This document shows, piece by piece, positions 39,727-53,179 of a stretch of 64,000 nt of DNA. A program made the translations under genes and the position numbers. The notes beneath the pieces were generated by a model. It saw nothing but the letters and a program-made list of their open reading frames with translations, had not been told where the DNA came from and did not search any database. The first letter of the stretch is position 1. Each line of letters begins with the position of its first letter. The DNA comes from an uncultured Rikenellaceae bacterium. GTDB lineage: Bacteria; Bacteroidota; Bacteroidia; Bacteroidales; VadinHA17. The stretch lies in assembly GCA_964633505.1 (NCBI GenBank), contig CAZWHC010000013.1, positions 11,685 through 75,684 on the forward strand. Reading direction: 5' to 3'.

Positions 39727-40614
39727 TTACTTTTGCGGCTCGTTACCCTTTGCAAGGGATACCAGGCCTCCTATTACCCCAAGGTTCATTGAGTCGAGTG
39801 CTGAGCTTGGCACAATGACCATTGAACCTTTTTCCTTCAGTCCTTCGTACAGCATATTCATCCCTCTCAGATGAAGTGCTATGGGATTATCTGCATATTC
39901 CTTGCTTGCCATCGCAAATTTCTCTGCTATCTCAGTCTCGGCAGTACCCAGTATTACCCTTGCTTTCCTTTCCCTTTCAGCCTGTGCCTGTTTGCTCATT
40001 GCATCGGCAAGCGCCTGCGGAATGATAATGTCGCGGATACCTACCGTCTGACAGGTAATCCCCCAGGGATTTGTATTTGAATCGAGTGTTTTCTGAAGAT
40101 CTTCGGCAATCTTTTCCCTTTCCTGAAGCAGGTCTGCAAGTTCATGCTTCCCGATAATATCCCGAAGATCAGTCTGGGCGATGAACGAGATAGCCTTTAC
40201 ATATTCCTGTACTTCAAGGGCAGCCTTTTCGACGTCCCATACTGTCCAGTAAACGACGGCATCGACATTTACAGGAACGGTATCCTTTGTAAGTGTCTGC
40301 TCGGCCCTGAATTCGGTGACCCTTACACGCTGATCGATATACGAGCTGATCTGGTCGAGTATCGGGATTATAAAGAAAAGACCCGGGCCTTTCAGTCCGC
40401 TGTATTTACCCATTCTCAGGACAACAGCTTTTTCCCACTGGTCAGCTATCCTTATTGAGCTTCCAATAAGGAGTGAGATAATTATCAGGCCAACCATAAC
40501 CGGAATACCGATAATTTCCAAATAATAAAACAATGCCGTAATGGCAAGAAGGATCACCACAACTGTGGTTGCAACAACGTTGGTTGAACTTGATGTATCT
40601 GCTGAAGTTCTCAT
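39727..40614 (-). CDS. SPFH/band 7 (slipin/stomatin-like) membrane protein
   Basis: 295 aa with N-terminal TM helices followed by IRIADQWEKAVVLRMGKY...GPGLFFIIP, typical of the family. Confidence 0.88.
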   Translation of the reverse strand: MRTSADTSSSTNVVATTVVVILLAITALFYYLEIIGIPVMVGLIIISLLIGSSIRIADQWEKAVVLRMGKYSGLKGPGLFFIIPILDQISSYIDQRVRVTEFRAEQTLTKDTVPVNVDAVVYWTVWDVEKAALEVQEYVKAISFIAQTDLRDIIGKHELADLLQEREKIAEDLQKTLDSNTNPWGITCQTVGIRDIIIPQALADAMSKQAQAERERKARVILGTAETEIAEKFAMASKEYADNPIALHLRGMNMLYEGLKEKGSMVIVPSSALDSMNLGVIGGLVSLAKGNEPQK

Positions 40615-40985
40615 TTTTTTGAGTGTTTTTGAATTTCACTAATTATTTCTTCTGGCGAAAAACCGTAACTGAATGCTATTGTCAGGAATTCATTACAGAT
40701 GCTTTTAAGCTTCTTCTCCTTCTCCTTTTCGGTGATGGTGATTGTGGTTTTGCTGATGAAAGTACCTGTTCCCTGCTGGGTCTCAAGTATTTTCTGGATT
40801 TCGAGCTCATTATAAGCTTTCGTGACAGTATTAAGATTGACTGCCAGTTCAACGGCCAGGGCGCGGACAGTTGGGAGCTGTTCCCCGGCCTTGAGGTTCC
40901 CTGATGCAATCCCGAATTTTATCTGGTCGATTATCTGCCTGTAATAAGGGATGCCTGCCTTAGGATCCAGTACGAATTTGATCAT
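40611..40985 (-). CDS. Short GntR-family (YtrA-like) transcriptional regulator
   Basis: 124 aa: PYYRQIIDQIKFGIASGNLKAGEQLPTVRALAVELAVNLNTVTKAY (winged HTH). 4-nt overlap with the SPFH gene. Confidence 0.88.
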   Translation of the reverse strand: MIKFVLDPKAGIPYYRQIIDQIKFGIASGNLKAGEQLPTVRALAVELAVNLNTVTKAYNELEIQKILETQQGTGTFISKTTITITEKEKEKKLKSICNEFLTIAFSYGFSPEEIISEIQKHSKK

Positions 40986-40996
40986 TGGTACATTTT

Positions 40997-41068
40997 ATTA
41001 GTTGAATGGTTTAATGGTTTAATGGTTTAATAGTTGAATGGTTTAATAGTTGAATGGTTTATTATTGT
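40997..41068. repeat. Octamer tandem repeat array (AATGGTTT / AATAGTTG) x9
   Basis: attagttg aatggttt x3 aatagttg aatggttt aatagttg aatggttt attattgt. It begins 12 nt upstream of the gntR start codon. Confidence 0.9.
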
Positions 41069-41189
41069 TTTAGTGTATCATAAATATATTGCTATATTTT
41101 ATTATATCTATATTGTTATAGTATTATAGTACAATATTACAATGTTATTTTGACAAATGCAAATTTTTTTTCATTAATCTCTCTGAATA

Positions 41190-42848
41190 TCAGGAGACCT
41201 TACGGGGCTTTACAAGATAAGTGGCGCCTATTGCGACCGCCAGTGCGAAAATAAAAGTCGTAAGCCTTGCAGGAACTCCCTTTTGAGTAAAGGCAGAACA
41301 GATGATTGCTATTTTTTTATCATCATCCTTTATACCTGCGCCAGTCTTTATCGCCGACTCGAACCTTGTCTTGCTGACGAACCTTTTCCCTTCAAGTGTT
41401 GCCAGCATCCCGCTTTCCTGCCCGGTTATGACATTCTGGCTTACAAGCAGACCTGATTTTTCAGCTGTCACTCTGTAATGCTGCTCGAATCCGCCGCTGA
41501 TCCAGACAATAGTAAAAAGCATCCCGGCAATAACAGTAATTATTGCTGCCCTCCCGTGAAATCTTTTCCAGAACAAAGAAAAAAGTATTACAACTGAAAA
41601 GGTACAGCCTATACCTGCCCAAACATAGCTCACAATTGTAAAAATCAGATTCGATGGTGAAAAGTATGAAAGCGCAAGGGCGATAACTGCGACAAGAGCG
41701 GTGGTTATCCTGTGACGCTTTAAAGTCGTGGCAGCAGCATTTTCGCCATCCTCCCCTGTTTTTTTAAGGACACTTTCTGAAAGCTCAGTTGCAGAAAGAA
41801 TGAGCAGCGAATCGGCAGTAGAGATCATTGCGGCTATTGCCCCGGTTATCAGCAGCGCTGCCAGCCCGGGATGAAATAATTTAAGTATAACCTGTGGCAT
41901 TACGTATTCAGGATCAGAAAGACCTGTCGGACCGAATATTGCAAGTCCGATCCATCCTATCATCAGAGCCCCGGTATAAGCAATAAGAGTCCATAATATC
42001 CCAATGTTACGTGCTTTCCTCGCCTGTCTCTCATTTTTAATCGCCATGAACCTGACGCTCAGCTGGGGCTGGCCTCCGAGGTATCCGAAGAACCAGCTGA
42101 AACCACCTGCTATTAACAGCCCTGCCCCGAATCCCTGTGCTGCACCAGTCAGGGATGTATAGGTTCCCCCTGTCTTTATAAGTGCTTCTGAAATGCCCGA
42201 CGCGTACAGATCAGAATGGTTCATCAGGTAAAATACTCCGGCAACTGGACCAATTATAAGGGTGATTATCATAAGAATGGCCTGGATCACATCAGTATAA
42301 ACCACACTGCGGAAACCGCCGTATACGGTGTAGGGAATTATCACTGCGGCAGTTATGAGAGCACCTATCCATGGTTCGATGCCAAATAGCGTATGAAGCG
42401 TTTTCCCTCCTCCGAGGAACTGTGCCCCGACATAAAAGAAAAAGAAAAACACTATGACCAGGCTCGAGATGATCCTGAGTGTACGTCCGCTCCCGCCATG
42501 TTTTGCAGCAAGATATTCGGTGAATGTAGACACATTGTATTTTTCAGCTTCGTCCCTCAGTCGCCAGGCAAGAACCGCCCATGCAGTAACAATACCCGTC
42601 ACACATCCCACGGCGGTCCATATCTCGGTGAGTCCCATGGCATAAGCAGCTCCGGGCAGGCCCAGAAGGGCCCACGAAGATTCTCCGGTCGCCCTCTCCG
42701 ATAGCGCCGCAGCCCATCCTGGTAGTGTTCGTCCGGCTATCGCGAAATCTTTTCCTGTCTTTACTTTTCTTCCCTGGTATACCCCCCATAAGACAAGCAG
42801 TGTAATGTAGGTAACCATTACGGCTAAAAAGGTGAACTTATCTTCCAT
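41190..42848 (-). CDS. Sodium:solute symporter family transporter
   Basis: 552 aa polytopic membrane protein with an SSF-like N-terminal region (...GRKVKTGKDFAIAGRTLPGW...). Confidence 0.85.
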   Translation of the reverse strand: MEDKFTFLAVMVTYITLLVLWGVYQGRKVKTGKDFAIAGRTLPGWAAALSERATGESSWALLGLPGAAYAMGLTEIWTAVGCVTGIVTAWAVLAWRLRDEAEKYNVSTFTEYLAAKHGGSGRTLRIISSLVIVFFFFFYVGAQFLGGGKTLHTLFGIEPWIGALITAAVIIPYTVYGGFRSVVYTDVIQAILMIITLIIGPVAGVFYLMNHSDLYASGISEALIKTGGTYTSLTGAAQGFGAGLLIAGGFSWFFGYLGGQPQLSVRFMAIKNERQARKARNIGILWTLIAYTGALMIGWIGLAIFGPTGLSDPEYVMPQVILKLFHPGLAALLITGAIAAMISTADSLLILSATELSESVLKKTGEDGENAAATTLKRHRITTALVAVIALALSYFSPSNLIFTIVSYVWAGIGCTFSVVILFSLFWKRFHGRAAIITVIAGMLFTIVWISGGFEQHYRVTAEKSGLLVSQNVITGQESGMLATLEGKRFVSKTRFESAIKTGAGIKDDDKKIAIICSAFTQKGVPARLTTFIFALAVAIGATYLVKPRKVS

Positions 42849-42943
42849 TGTTTAAAAGGTTTGGCTCTATAAATATAGCAATTTTGAAAAACCGCCTCTT
42901 TACATTATCTTCGTAAGCATCACAATTATCATGGATCAGCCAT

Positions 42944-43861
42944 ATGTCGATTGTAGTTCAGGGTGTTACAAAATTCTACGGCGAACAGAAAGCTCTCGAT
43001 AACGTATCTTTTGAAATTAAGACCGGCGAGGTCGTGGGATTTCTCGGTCCGAACGGCGCCGGCAAGTCGACAATGATGAAGATAATTACCGGCTTCATAC
43101 CACCCGCATCCGGCAATGTTTTCGTTAACGGCACACCGGTCACCGATGAATCGATGGACATAAGAAGGTCGATAGGATATCTTCCCGAGAACAATCCTCT
43201 TTATCCCGAGATGTATGTAAGGGAATACCTGTCGTTTTGTGCATCGTTGTATAAAACAGGCAGGCCTGTTAAGCAACAGGTCGACGGCATAATAGAAATG
43301 ACAGGGCTTGGAAGGGAGCAAAAAAAGAAAATCGGGTCGCTGTCAAAGGGATACCGTCAGCGTGTCGGACTTGCCCAGGCCCTGATCCACGATCCTGAAG
43401 TACTCATACTTGACGAGGCAACAACAGGGCTCGACCCTAACCAGATTATCGAGATCCGCAATCTGATCCGCGACGCCGGTAAGGAAAAGACAGTGATGCT
43501 CTCAACCCATATTATGCAGGAAGTTGAAGCCATCTGCAGCCGGGTGATAATAATCGATAAGGGTGTTATAATTGCCGACGAAAACAAAAAAGATATTTAC
43601 TCCAGGATAAAAAATGCCTTACAGGAGATCCTTGTGGAGTTCGACAGGGAACCGGGAGATGATCTTCTGGAGAAGATGACTTTTGCAGGATCCGTAAGAA
43701 GGCTAAGGCCTAACACACTGGTCATCGAATCGCGCGGCGATGAGGATATACGTCCGGCCATCTTCTCATTTGCCGTAAACAACAATCTTACAGTGCTTTC
43801 GCTTCAAAAGAAAGAAAACAATCTCGAAGAGGTATTCAGGATACTCACAAACATTCAGTGA
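42944..43861 (+). CDS. gldA: Gliding-motility-associated ABC transporter ATP-binding protein GldA-like
   Basis: 305 aa with Walker A GPNGAGKST, signature LSKGYRQRVGLAQAL and Walker B LILDEATTGLD. The N-terminus recalls F. johnsoniae GldA, from memory. Confidence 0.65.
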   Translation: MSIVVQGVTKFYGEQKALDNVSFEIKTGEVVGFLGPNGAGKSTMMKIITGFIPPASGNVFVNGTPVTDESMDIRRSIGYLPENNPLYPEMYVREYLSFCASLYKTGRPVKQQVDGIIEMTGLGREQKKKIGSLSKGYRQRVGLAQALIHDPEVLILDEATTGLDPNQIIEIRNLIRDAGKEKTVMLSTHIMQEVEAICSRVIIIDKGVIIADENKKDIYSRIKNALQEILVEFDREPGDDLLEKMTFAGSVRRLRPNTLVIESRGDEDIRPAIFSFAVNNNLTVLSLQKKENNLEEVFRILTNIQ

Positions 43862-44054
43862 CAAATCCTGCCCTTGGGGGCTGATTGTTAATCCTGCCTG
43901 TATTTCTTGTATTTTATGCAATTATTTGTTTTCTTTGCCGGTCGAAATCTGGTGGAAAGATTTGAGCTTATTGCAACCACGGGAAAAAATGCTAAAATGC
44001 CATTGATTCCTTTTTTACAATTATCCAATCCTTCCGCTATTTGTTATTTGAAAA

Positions 44055-44547
44055 GATTAAGGGCTAAAGCCCGGCCGATTGTTTCATGCTGCCACGGCCT
44101 GAAGGCCGTGGTTAGGAAATCAGACCGGTTTGCAGCTTTGTTCATTGAAATAATCCGGTTACGAGTTAACCATCAGGTTTATTCCCTGGTGTTCGAATTT
44201 CTATCCTTGGACTGAAGGTGACTCAGATTTTCGGGTTAGCACCCGGTGCTGAAGTAGCTTCAGACCTTAAGGTTTACCCCCCTGGCCCCCCTGAAGGGGG
44301 GATTAAGGAAAACCTGGTAATCAACAGCCTGTTTGAGGAGTTGCAACATACTGGCAAATACAGGGCAGCAGCATGCAACAGTTGAGACAGATGCGTGAAC
44401 CATGGCCTTCAGGCCAGGGTCAGGGAAATGAAGTGAAAAGGACCACCAGCAATCCGGGTACAAAAGATTGCTGAGGATTATGCTTTTACCACGGCCTTCA
44501 GGCCGTGGCAAAACAACGGTAACAAAAAAGGACTTTAGTCCTTAATA
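44055..44547. repeat. Hairpin-dense non-coding unit bounded by about 60-bp imperfect inverted repeats (MITE/BIME-like or structured RNA)
   Basis: Left arm 44055-44114 and the reverse complement of 44486-44547 share attaaggRctaaagYcc plus an identical 23-mer tgccacggcctgaaggccgtggt. The interior has at least 6 further perfect hairpins. Confidence 0.55.
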
Positions 44548-44602
44548 TTATAAAAGTGAATTAATTGTACAGAATCAAAAACAACTATCAAATACTCAAT
44601 TT

Positions 44603-45949
44603 ATGGGCTATTTATTCACATCCGAATCAGTTTCAGAAGGGCATCCCGACAAGGTTGCCGATCAGATATCAGATGCTTTGCTCGATGAATTCCTGAAATG
44701 GGATCCGGAGTCAAAGGTCGCATGCGAGACATTTGTCACGACAGGGCTTGTTCTCTGCGGCGGTGAGGTACGTACAGAAGGCTGGGTCGACGTTCAGGAG
44801 ACTGCCCGGAGGGTCATAAGGAACATTGGATATACAAAAGCTGAATACAGGTTCGACTGCGATTCGTGCGGTGTCATTTCCACCATTCACGAACAATCGA
44901 GCGATATCAGGCAGGGCGTCGACCGCGAGAAACCCGAAGAACAGGGAGCCGGCGATCAGGGGATGATGTTCGGATATGCATGCCGTGAGATGGAGAATTA
45001 CATGCCTCTCAGCATCGAACTGTCACATATCCTCCTTCAGGAACTTGCAGCAATAAGACGCGAAGGGAAATATATGAAATATCTGCGTCCCGACAGCAAA
45101 TCGCAGGTCACCGTCGAATATGACGATAACAACAAGCCGCTTCGCATCGATACCATTGTTATCAGCACACAGCATGATGAATTTGTTCTTCCCGCCGACG
45201 GCTCAAAAAAGGCAGAAAAAGCAGCCGAAAAGGAGATGCAGGAAAAGATCAGGGAAGACCTCCGGAAATATCTTATCCCAAGGGTGAAAAAGACTCTTCC
45301 CGAAAGAATCATGAAACTCTTTAAAGAGGATACAAATCTGCTTGTCAACCCTACGGGTAAATTTGTTATTGGCGGACCTCACGGAGATACAGGTCTTACC
45401 GGGAGGAAGATAATCGTCGATACATATGGAGGACACGGAGCACACGGCGGCGGTGCATTCTCAGGCAAGGATTCATCAAAGGTCGACAGGTCGGCGGCTT
45501 ATGCTGCCCGCCATATTGCCAAGAACCTTGTGGCAGCCGGAGTCTGCGACCAGGCTCTCATCCAGGTAGCTTATGCAATCGGTGTTGCCCAGCCTGTAGG
45601 GATCTTTGTAAATACTTACGGCAGTTCAAAGGTAAAGGGCCCTAATGGGAATATCCTTAGCGACAGTGAGATAGGCGCCAAAATTAAGGGTCTCTTCGAT
45701 CTTCGCCCATATGCGATAGTAAACAGGTTCGGTCTTAAGAACCCGGTTTTCTCACCGACTGCTTCGTATGGTCATTTCGGACGCGATTACAGGGTCGAAG
45801 AGGTTGAAGTTTATTACGAGGTCCCCGGATCAAAGCCACGGCCATTAAACAACAACGGCAAGAAAGCCTGGAAGAAAAAGGTCGAATTCTTTGCCTGGGA
45901 AAAACTTGATTATGTGGAGAAGATAAAGAAGACGTTTAATTTAGAATAA
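44603..45949 (+). CDS. metK: S-adenosylmethionine synthase
   Basis: 448 aa: [33 protein letters not shown]. There is a C-terminal insertion/extension relative to the E. coli-type length. Confidence 0.96.
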   Translation: MGYLFTSESVSEGHPDKVADQISDALLDEFLKWDPESKVACETFVTTGLVLCGGEVRTEGWVDVQETARRVIRNIGYTKAEYRFDCDSCGVISTIHEQSSDIRQGVDREKPEEQGAGDQGMMFGYACREMENYMPLSIELSHILLQELAAIRREGKYMKYLRPDSKSQVTVEYDDNNKPLRIDTIVISTQHDEFVLPADGSKKAEKAAEKEMQEKIREDLRKYLIPRVKKTLPERIMKLFKEDTNLLVNPTGKFVIGGPHGDTGLTGRKIIVDTYGGHGAHGGGAFSGKDSSKVDRSAAYAARHIAKNLVAAGVCDQALIQVAYAIGVAQPVGIFVNTYGSSKVKGPNGNILSDSEIGAKIKGLFDLRPYAIVNRFGLKNPVFSPTASYGHFGRDYRVEEVEVYYEVPGSKPRPLNNNGKKAWKKKVEFFAWEKLDYVEKIKKTFNLE

Positions 45950-46058
45950 GGCATTCGGCGTACGGCATGCGGCGTGCGGCTAAAGGTACGGGGTATGTGG
46001 TGAGGGGTGCGAGGAAAAATATGCCCCGAACCGCGTACCGCGGACCCCGTACCGCCTA
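45950..46058. repeat. GG-phased heptads followed by CC-phased heptads (palindromic block) between convergent metK and metF
   Basis: 10 heptads start with GG (ggcattc ggcgtac ggcatgc ggcgtgc ggctaaa ggtacgg ggtatgt ggtgagg ggtgcga ggaaaaa), then 5 heptads start with CC (ccccgaa ccgcgta ccgcgga ccccgta ccgccta). ggtacgggg at 45985-45993 pairs with ccccgtacc at 46045-46053. Confidence 0.8.
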
Positions 46059-47009
46059 GAAAGCTTCCTTCACAATCCTTGCGACGTTGTCTGAACGTCC
46101 GAGTGTATAATAATGTATGCCCGGCACACCGGCTTTAATGAGTTCTTTTGACTGTAATACCGCCCATTCAATACCCACCTCGCGAGCATCCTTGTCGGTT
46201 TTGCACTTCTGAAGCGACATTACAAGATCGTGAGGCATGTCAATGTGAAAGGTCTGGGGAAGGAGATTGATGTCGTTAAGGGCCGATATTGGCTTTATAC
46301 CTGCAATAATTGGTACATCGATGCCTGTATTCCTGCACTCTTCAACAAACCTGAAGAATTTCGAATTGTCGAAAAACATCTGGGTTACAATATAGCTTGC
46401 CCCTGTATCAACTTTATGTTTAAGGTTTTCAAGGTCAACCTGCCTGTTGGGCGCTTCAAAATGCTTTTCGGGATATCCGGCGACTCCTATACAGAAATTT
46501 GAAGGCGCCATATCTTCGAGCGACTCCTCAAGATATTTCCCGTTATTCATGTTGATAATCTGCTGAACCAGCTCCCAGGTATGTGAATGCCCGTCCTTTT
46601 CAGGAATGAAGGTACGGCTCCCGCGCTGGGGATCACCACGTAATGCAAGCACATCATCTATCCCCAGGAAGTTCATCTCGATAAGAACATTCTCTGTCTC
46701 TTCCTTTGTGAAACCGCCGCACAGCACATGAGGTACCACCGGAATATTGTACTTGTACTTCACGGCTGCCGCCAGAGCGATCGTGCCCGGACGTTTTCGC
46801 ACCACGCGCTTCTCAAGAAGGCCGTCGGGACGTTCGCGATATACAGTTTCGTTGCGGTGCGAAGTGAAGTTAATGTATGCAGGGCTGAACTCAACCAGCC
46901 TGTCGATGGTTGCATAAACTTTTTCTATGCTGTGCCCCTTGAGAGGCGGGAGCAGCTCAAATGTAAACAGAGGTCCTTTTGCGGCTCTGATCCTGTCAAT
47001 AACGCTCAT
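46056..47009 (-). CDS. metF: Methylenetetrahydrofolate reductase
   Basis: MSVIDRIRAAKGPLFTFELLPPLKG... is typical of MetF. Start moved to the internal ATG at 47009 so it no longer overlaps the metH stop at 47020. Confidence 0.92.
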   Translation of the reverse strand: MSVIDRIRAAKGPLFTFELLPPLKGHSIEKVYATIDRLVEFSPAYINFTSHRNETVYRERPDGLLEKRVVRKRPGTIALAAAVKYKYNIPVVPHVLCGGFTKEETENVLIEMNFLGIDDVLALRGDPQRGSRTFIPEKDGHSHTWELVQQIINMNNGKYLEESLEDMAPSNFCIGVAGYPEKHFEAPNRQVDLENLKHKVDTGASYIVTQMFFDNSKFFRFVEECRNTGIDVPIIAGIKPISALNDINLLPQTFHIDMPHDLVMSLQKCKTDKDAREVGIEWAVLQSKELIKAGVPGIHYYTLGRSDNVARIVKEAF

Positions 47010-47019
47010 AAAATCATCA

Positions 47020-50000
47020 TCATAAATTCGGGGCAAGCCAGCGGCCTGCTTCCTCAACACTCATTTTCTTCCTCGACGCGTAATCCTTAAGCTGATCTTC
47101 CCCTATCTTGCCGATATTGAAATAGACTGAGGCCGGATGTGAAAAGATATATCCGCTTACCGCTGCCGGGGGAGTCATTGCATAATTCACTGTCAGACCC
47201 GCCCCCGTCAGTCTCTCTGCATCAAGGAGGTCAAAGATAATACGTTTTTCCGTATGATCGGGACAGGCAGGATAACCTGGCGCCGGCCTGATGCCTGTAT
47301 ACTTTATCTTCAAAAGGTCTTCAACAGCGAGATTCTCATCCTTTGCAAAGCCCCAGAATTTTTTCCTGACCTGTTCATGAAGATATTCAGCAGCAGCTTC
47401 GGCAATACGGTCGCTGAGCATCCTTATCATTATCATCGAATAATCATCGTCCCTGTATTCCGCCGCGGCTTCGGCATTTACCGGCGCTGTTACCACAAAG
47501 GCTCCGATATGATCGGCAACACCTGCTGATTCGGGAGCAATATAATCGGCAAGGCAAAGATTATGAATACCTTTTTCCTTCTGCTCCTGGTTTCTGAGGA
47601 ACCTGAATACACCAAGCGTCTGACTGTTGTTCTTTCCCGAAAGGATTTTTACATCATCCCCTGCCGATACTGCATTGAACAGGCCCAGAACGCCGTTTGA
47701 TGTGATTATTTTCTTCTCAATTATCACATCAAGGTATTTTTGTGCATCATCGAAAAGCTTCCTTGCCTCCTCACCCTTCACGGGATCATCAAATATACCA
47801 GGATATTTCCCGTTAAGCTTCCATGCATAAAAGAAGAATGTCCAGTCGATATATCTCCTGAGAATATTCAGATCGAATTCCTTTATCAGATGTAATCCCG
47901 GCTTTTCGGGATGGACAATTCTCACCGATTTCCAGTCGGTGTAGAATTTGTTTTTCCGGGCCTCCTCAAGCGGGATAAGCTTTCTGTCGGGCTTCCGGGA
48001 ATTATGATCGTCGAGTATCTTTTTGTATTTATCCCTTACCGATTCTGCATAAACAGTGTGGTTTTCATGAAGAAGCGATGAGAGGACGCCTGCTGCTTTT
48101 GATGCATCCTTTACATGAACGACTGTATTTGAATAAGCCGGAGCTATTTTTACAGCTGCATGGACCTCCGAAGTTGTTGCTCCCCCTATAAGCAGAGGTA
48201 TCTGAACCTTCCTCCGCTGCATCTCCGAAGCAACGTGTACCATCTCCTCGAGCGACGGTGTTATTAGCCCGCTTAGCCCTATAAAGCCTGCATTTTCGGA
48301 TATAGCCGTATCGATGATCTTATCGGCCGGTACCATCACGCCAAGGTCGACAACCTCGTAATTGTTGCATGACAGAACCACGCCGACAATATTCTTACCT
48401 ATGTCGTGAACGTCACCTTTAACTGTTGCAAGGAGTATCTTTCCTGCGCTTTTCTTCTTTTCACCTGCGCTTTCCTTTTCTATATATGGCGAAAGAACTG
48501 CAACTGCCTTCTTCATAACGCGGGCGCTTTTTACAACCTGCGGAAGGAACATCTTTCCCGATCCGAAAAGGTCGCCTACCTCATTCATTCCGCCCATCAG
48601 CGGGCCCTCTATCAATTCAATCGACCGTGAAAACATAGGACGGGCCTCTTCCACATCTTTCTCAATGAATTCATCAAGCCCGCGTCTCAATGAATATTTT
48701 ATACGTTCCAGAACCGGCAATGAGCGCCATTCATCCGCTTTTTCCTCCTTTTTTCCTTCGCTTTTCAGCCCTTCGGCAAATTTTACGAGGCGTTCGGTGG
48801 CATCTTTTCTCCTGTTGAGAACCACATCCTCGGTAAGATGAAGAAGGTCGGGCTGTATCTCACTGTAAACCTGCAGCATTCCAGGGTTTACAATGCCCAT
48901 ATCGAGGCCTGCTCCAATGGCATGATAAAGGAAAACCGAGTGCATTGCCTCGCGAACCTTATCTGTCCCCCGGAATGAAAACGACAGGTTGCTAATACCT
49001 CCGCTGACTTTTGCAAACGGAAGGTTTTTCTTTATCCATTCAACCGCTTTTATGAAATTAACTGCATAATTATTATGTTCCTCGATTCCGGTTGCTATCG
49101 CAAGCACATTGGGGTCAAAGATTATATCCTCGGGCGGGAATCCTGCCTTTTCTGTCAAAAGGCGGTACGACCGTTCTGCTACTGCTATTCTCTTTTCATA
49201 TGTATCAGCCTGTCCGTTCTCATCGAAAAGCATGACCACGGCTGCGGCTCCGTATTTCCTTATCTTAAGTGCATGTTCAAGGAATACATCCTCCCCCTCC
49301 TTGAGGCTTATCGAGTTGACAATCGATTTACCCTGAATACATTTAAGGGCCGATTCGATCACACTCCATTTCGAAGAATCGATCATTAGGGGAAGTTTCG
49401 CAATATCGGGTTCCGACATTATGAGGTTCACAAACCTCACCATTGCCTTTTCCGAATCGAGCATAGCCTCATCCATACATATGTCGATGACCTGTGCTCC
49501 TCCTTCCACCTGGTTTCGGGCTATGGCAAGGGCCTCATCGTATTTCTCTTCCCTGATAAGACGGGCAAATTTTATCGATCCTGAAACATTTGTCCTTTCC
49601 CCAATATTAACGAAGTTTGTCTCGGGGGTTATAATAAGGGGTTCCAGGCCGCTGAGCCGGGTATATCTTGTTATTTCGGGTATGACACGCGGCTTATGGT
49701 TCTTTGCCTTTTCTGAGATCTTCCTTATATGGTCGGGTGTGGTTCCGCAACATCCTCCAATAATGTTTACCCACCCTTCCTTCATGAAATCTTCGGCAAT
49801 TGAAGCCATGTATCCGGCCGACTGGTCATATTCGCCGAACTGGTTAGGCAGTCCGGCATTGGGATGTGCCGATACGCTGAACCGGGCTTTGGCTGAAAGT
49901 TCCTGAATATACGGCCGGAGCTGCTCAGCGCCAAGTGCACAGTTAAGACCTATGCTGAAAAGAGGAAAATGTGAAACTGAAACCAGGAATGCTTCAAGGG

Positions 50001-50666
50001 TCTGCCCTGTAAGCGTTCTTCCGCTGGCATCGGTTATAGTACCTGATACCATTACGGGAAGGCGGATTCCCTTCTCTTCAAAGACGCTTTCGATAGCAAA
50101 AAGCGCTGCCTTGCAATTAAGGACGTCAAATATCGTTTCGACAAGCAGAATATGTACGCCTCCGTCAATCAGTCCGCGGGCCTGTTCAGCATAGGCTGCG
50201 GCAAGCTGATCGAATGTAACCTGCCTTGCCCCGGGATCATTCACATCGGCCGACATTGAGGCAGTGCGGTTCGTGGGCCCGAGTGTTCCGACTATGAAAT
50301 GGCTTTCAGGGCTGTTTGTTCCTTCAAATTCAGTAATGGCTTTACCGGCAAGAAGGGCCGACTGGTAGTTAATCTCATAAACCAGCTCTTCCATTCCATA
50401 GTCAGCCATCGATACCCTGTTGGAATTGAAGGTGTTTGTGGTGATCAGGTCGGCGCCTGCCTCAAGGTAGCCTTTGTGAATTCCAAGGATCACACCGGGT
50501 TGTGTGATCGACAGCAGATCGTTGTTCCCCTTTAGGGTCCGCGGATGTTCCCTGAATCTGTCGCCGCGGTAATCCTCCTCCTTCAGCTTATGCTTCTGGA
50601 TCATGGTACCCATGGCTCCGTCGAGAACGAGAATGCGCTGCCGGATTATTTCATTCAGTAAATTTT

Positions 50667-50670
<4 letters not shown>
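47020..50670 (-). CDS. metH: Cobalamin-dependent methionine synthase
   Basis: 1216 aa with homocysteine- and pterin-binding barrels, the B12-binding DxHxxG motif (GDVHDIGKN) and a C-terminal AdoMet activation domain. Confidence 0.97.

Positions 50671-53179
<2,509 letters not shown>

Noticed and set aside
44150-44215. tRNA-like T-loop string ggtgttcgaatttc
   Set aside because: Flanking bases cannot form T-stem, acceptor or anticodon arms. No tRNA cloverleaf could be built anywhere in the window.
44089-44510. Possible CRISPR array or orphan repeat (gccacggcctgaaggccgtggt)
   Set aside because: There are only two full copies and one partial copy. They are in inverted rather than direct orientation, spacing is irregular, and no cas genes are present.
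43907-44511. Track ORFs 43907..44215 (+, 102 aa) and 44260..44511 (-, 83 aa) in the metK upstream gap
   Set aside because: The translations are dominated by hairpin-derived sequence with no motifs or plausible promoter/start context. The region is better explained as structured non-coding DNA.
43862-44602. SAM-I or SAM-II riboswitch upstream of metK
   Set aside because: gcaacc and ggtgct fragments occur, but the GGAGGGA...GGCCC...GAA...GCAACC...GGUGCUAA order and the P1 pairing are absent. No AAAGCU-type SAM-II pseudoknot was found near the start.
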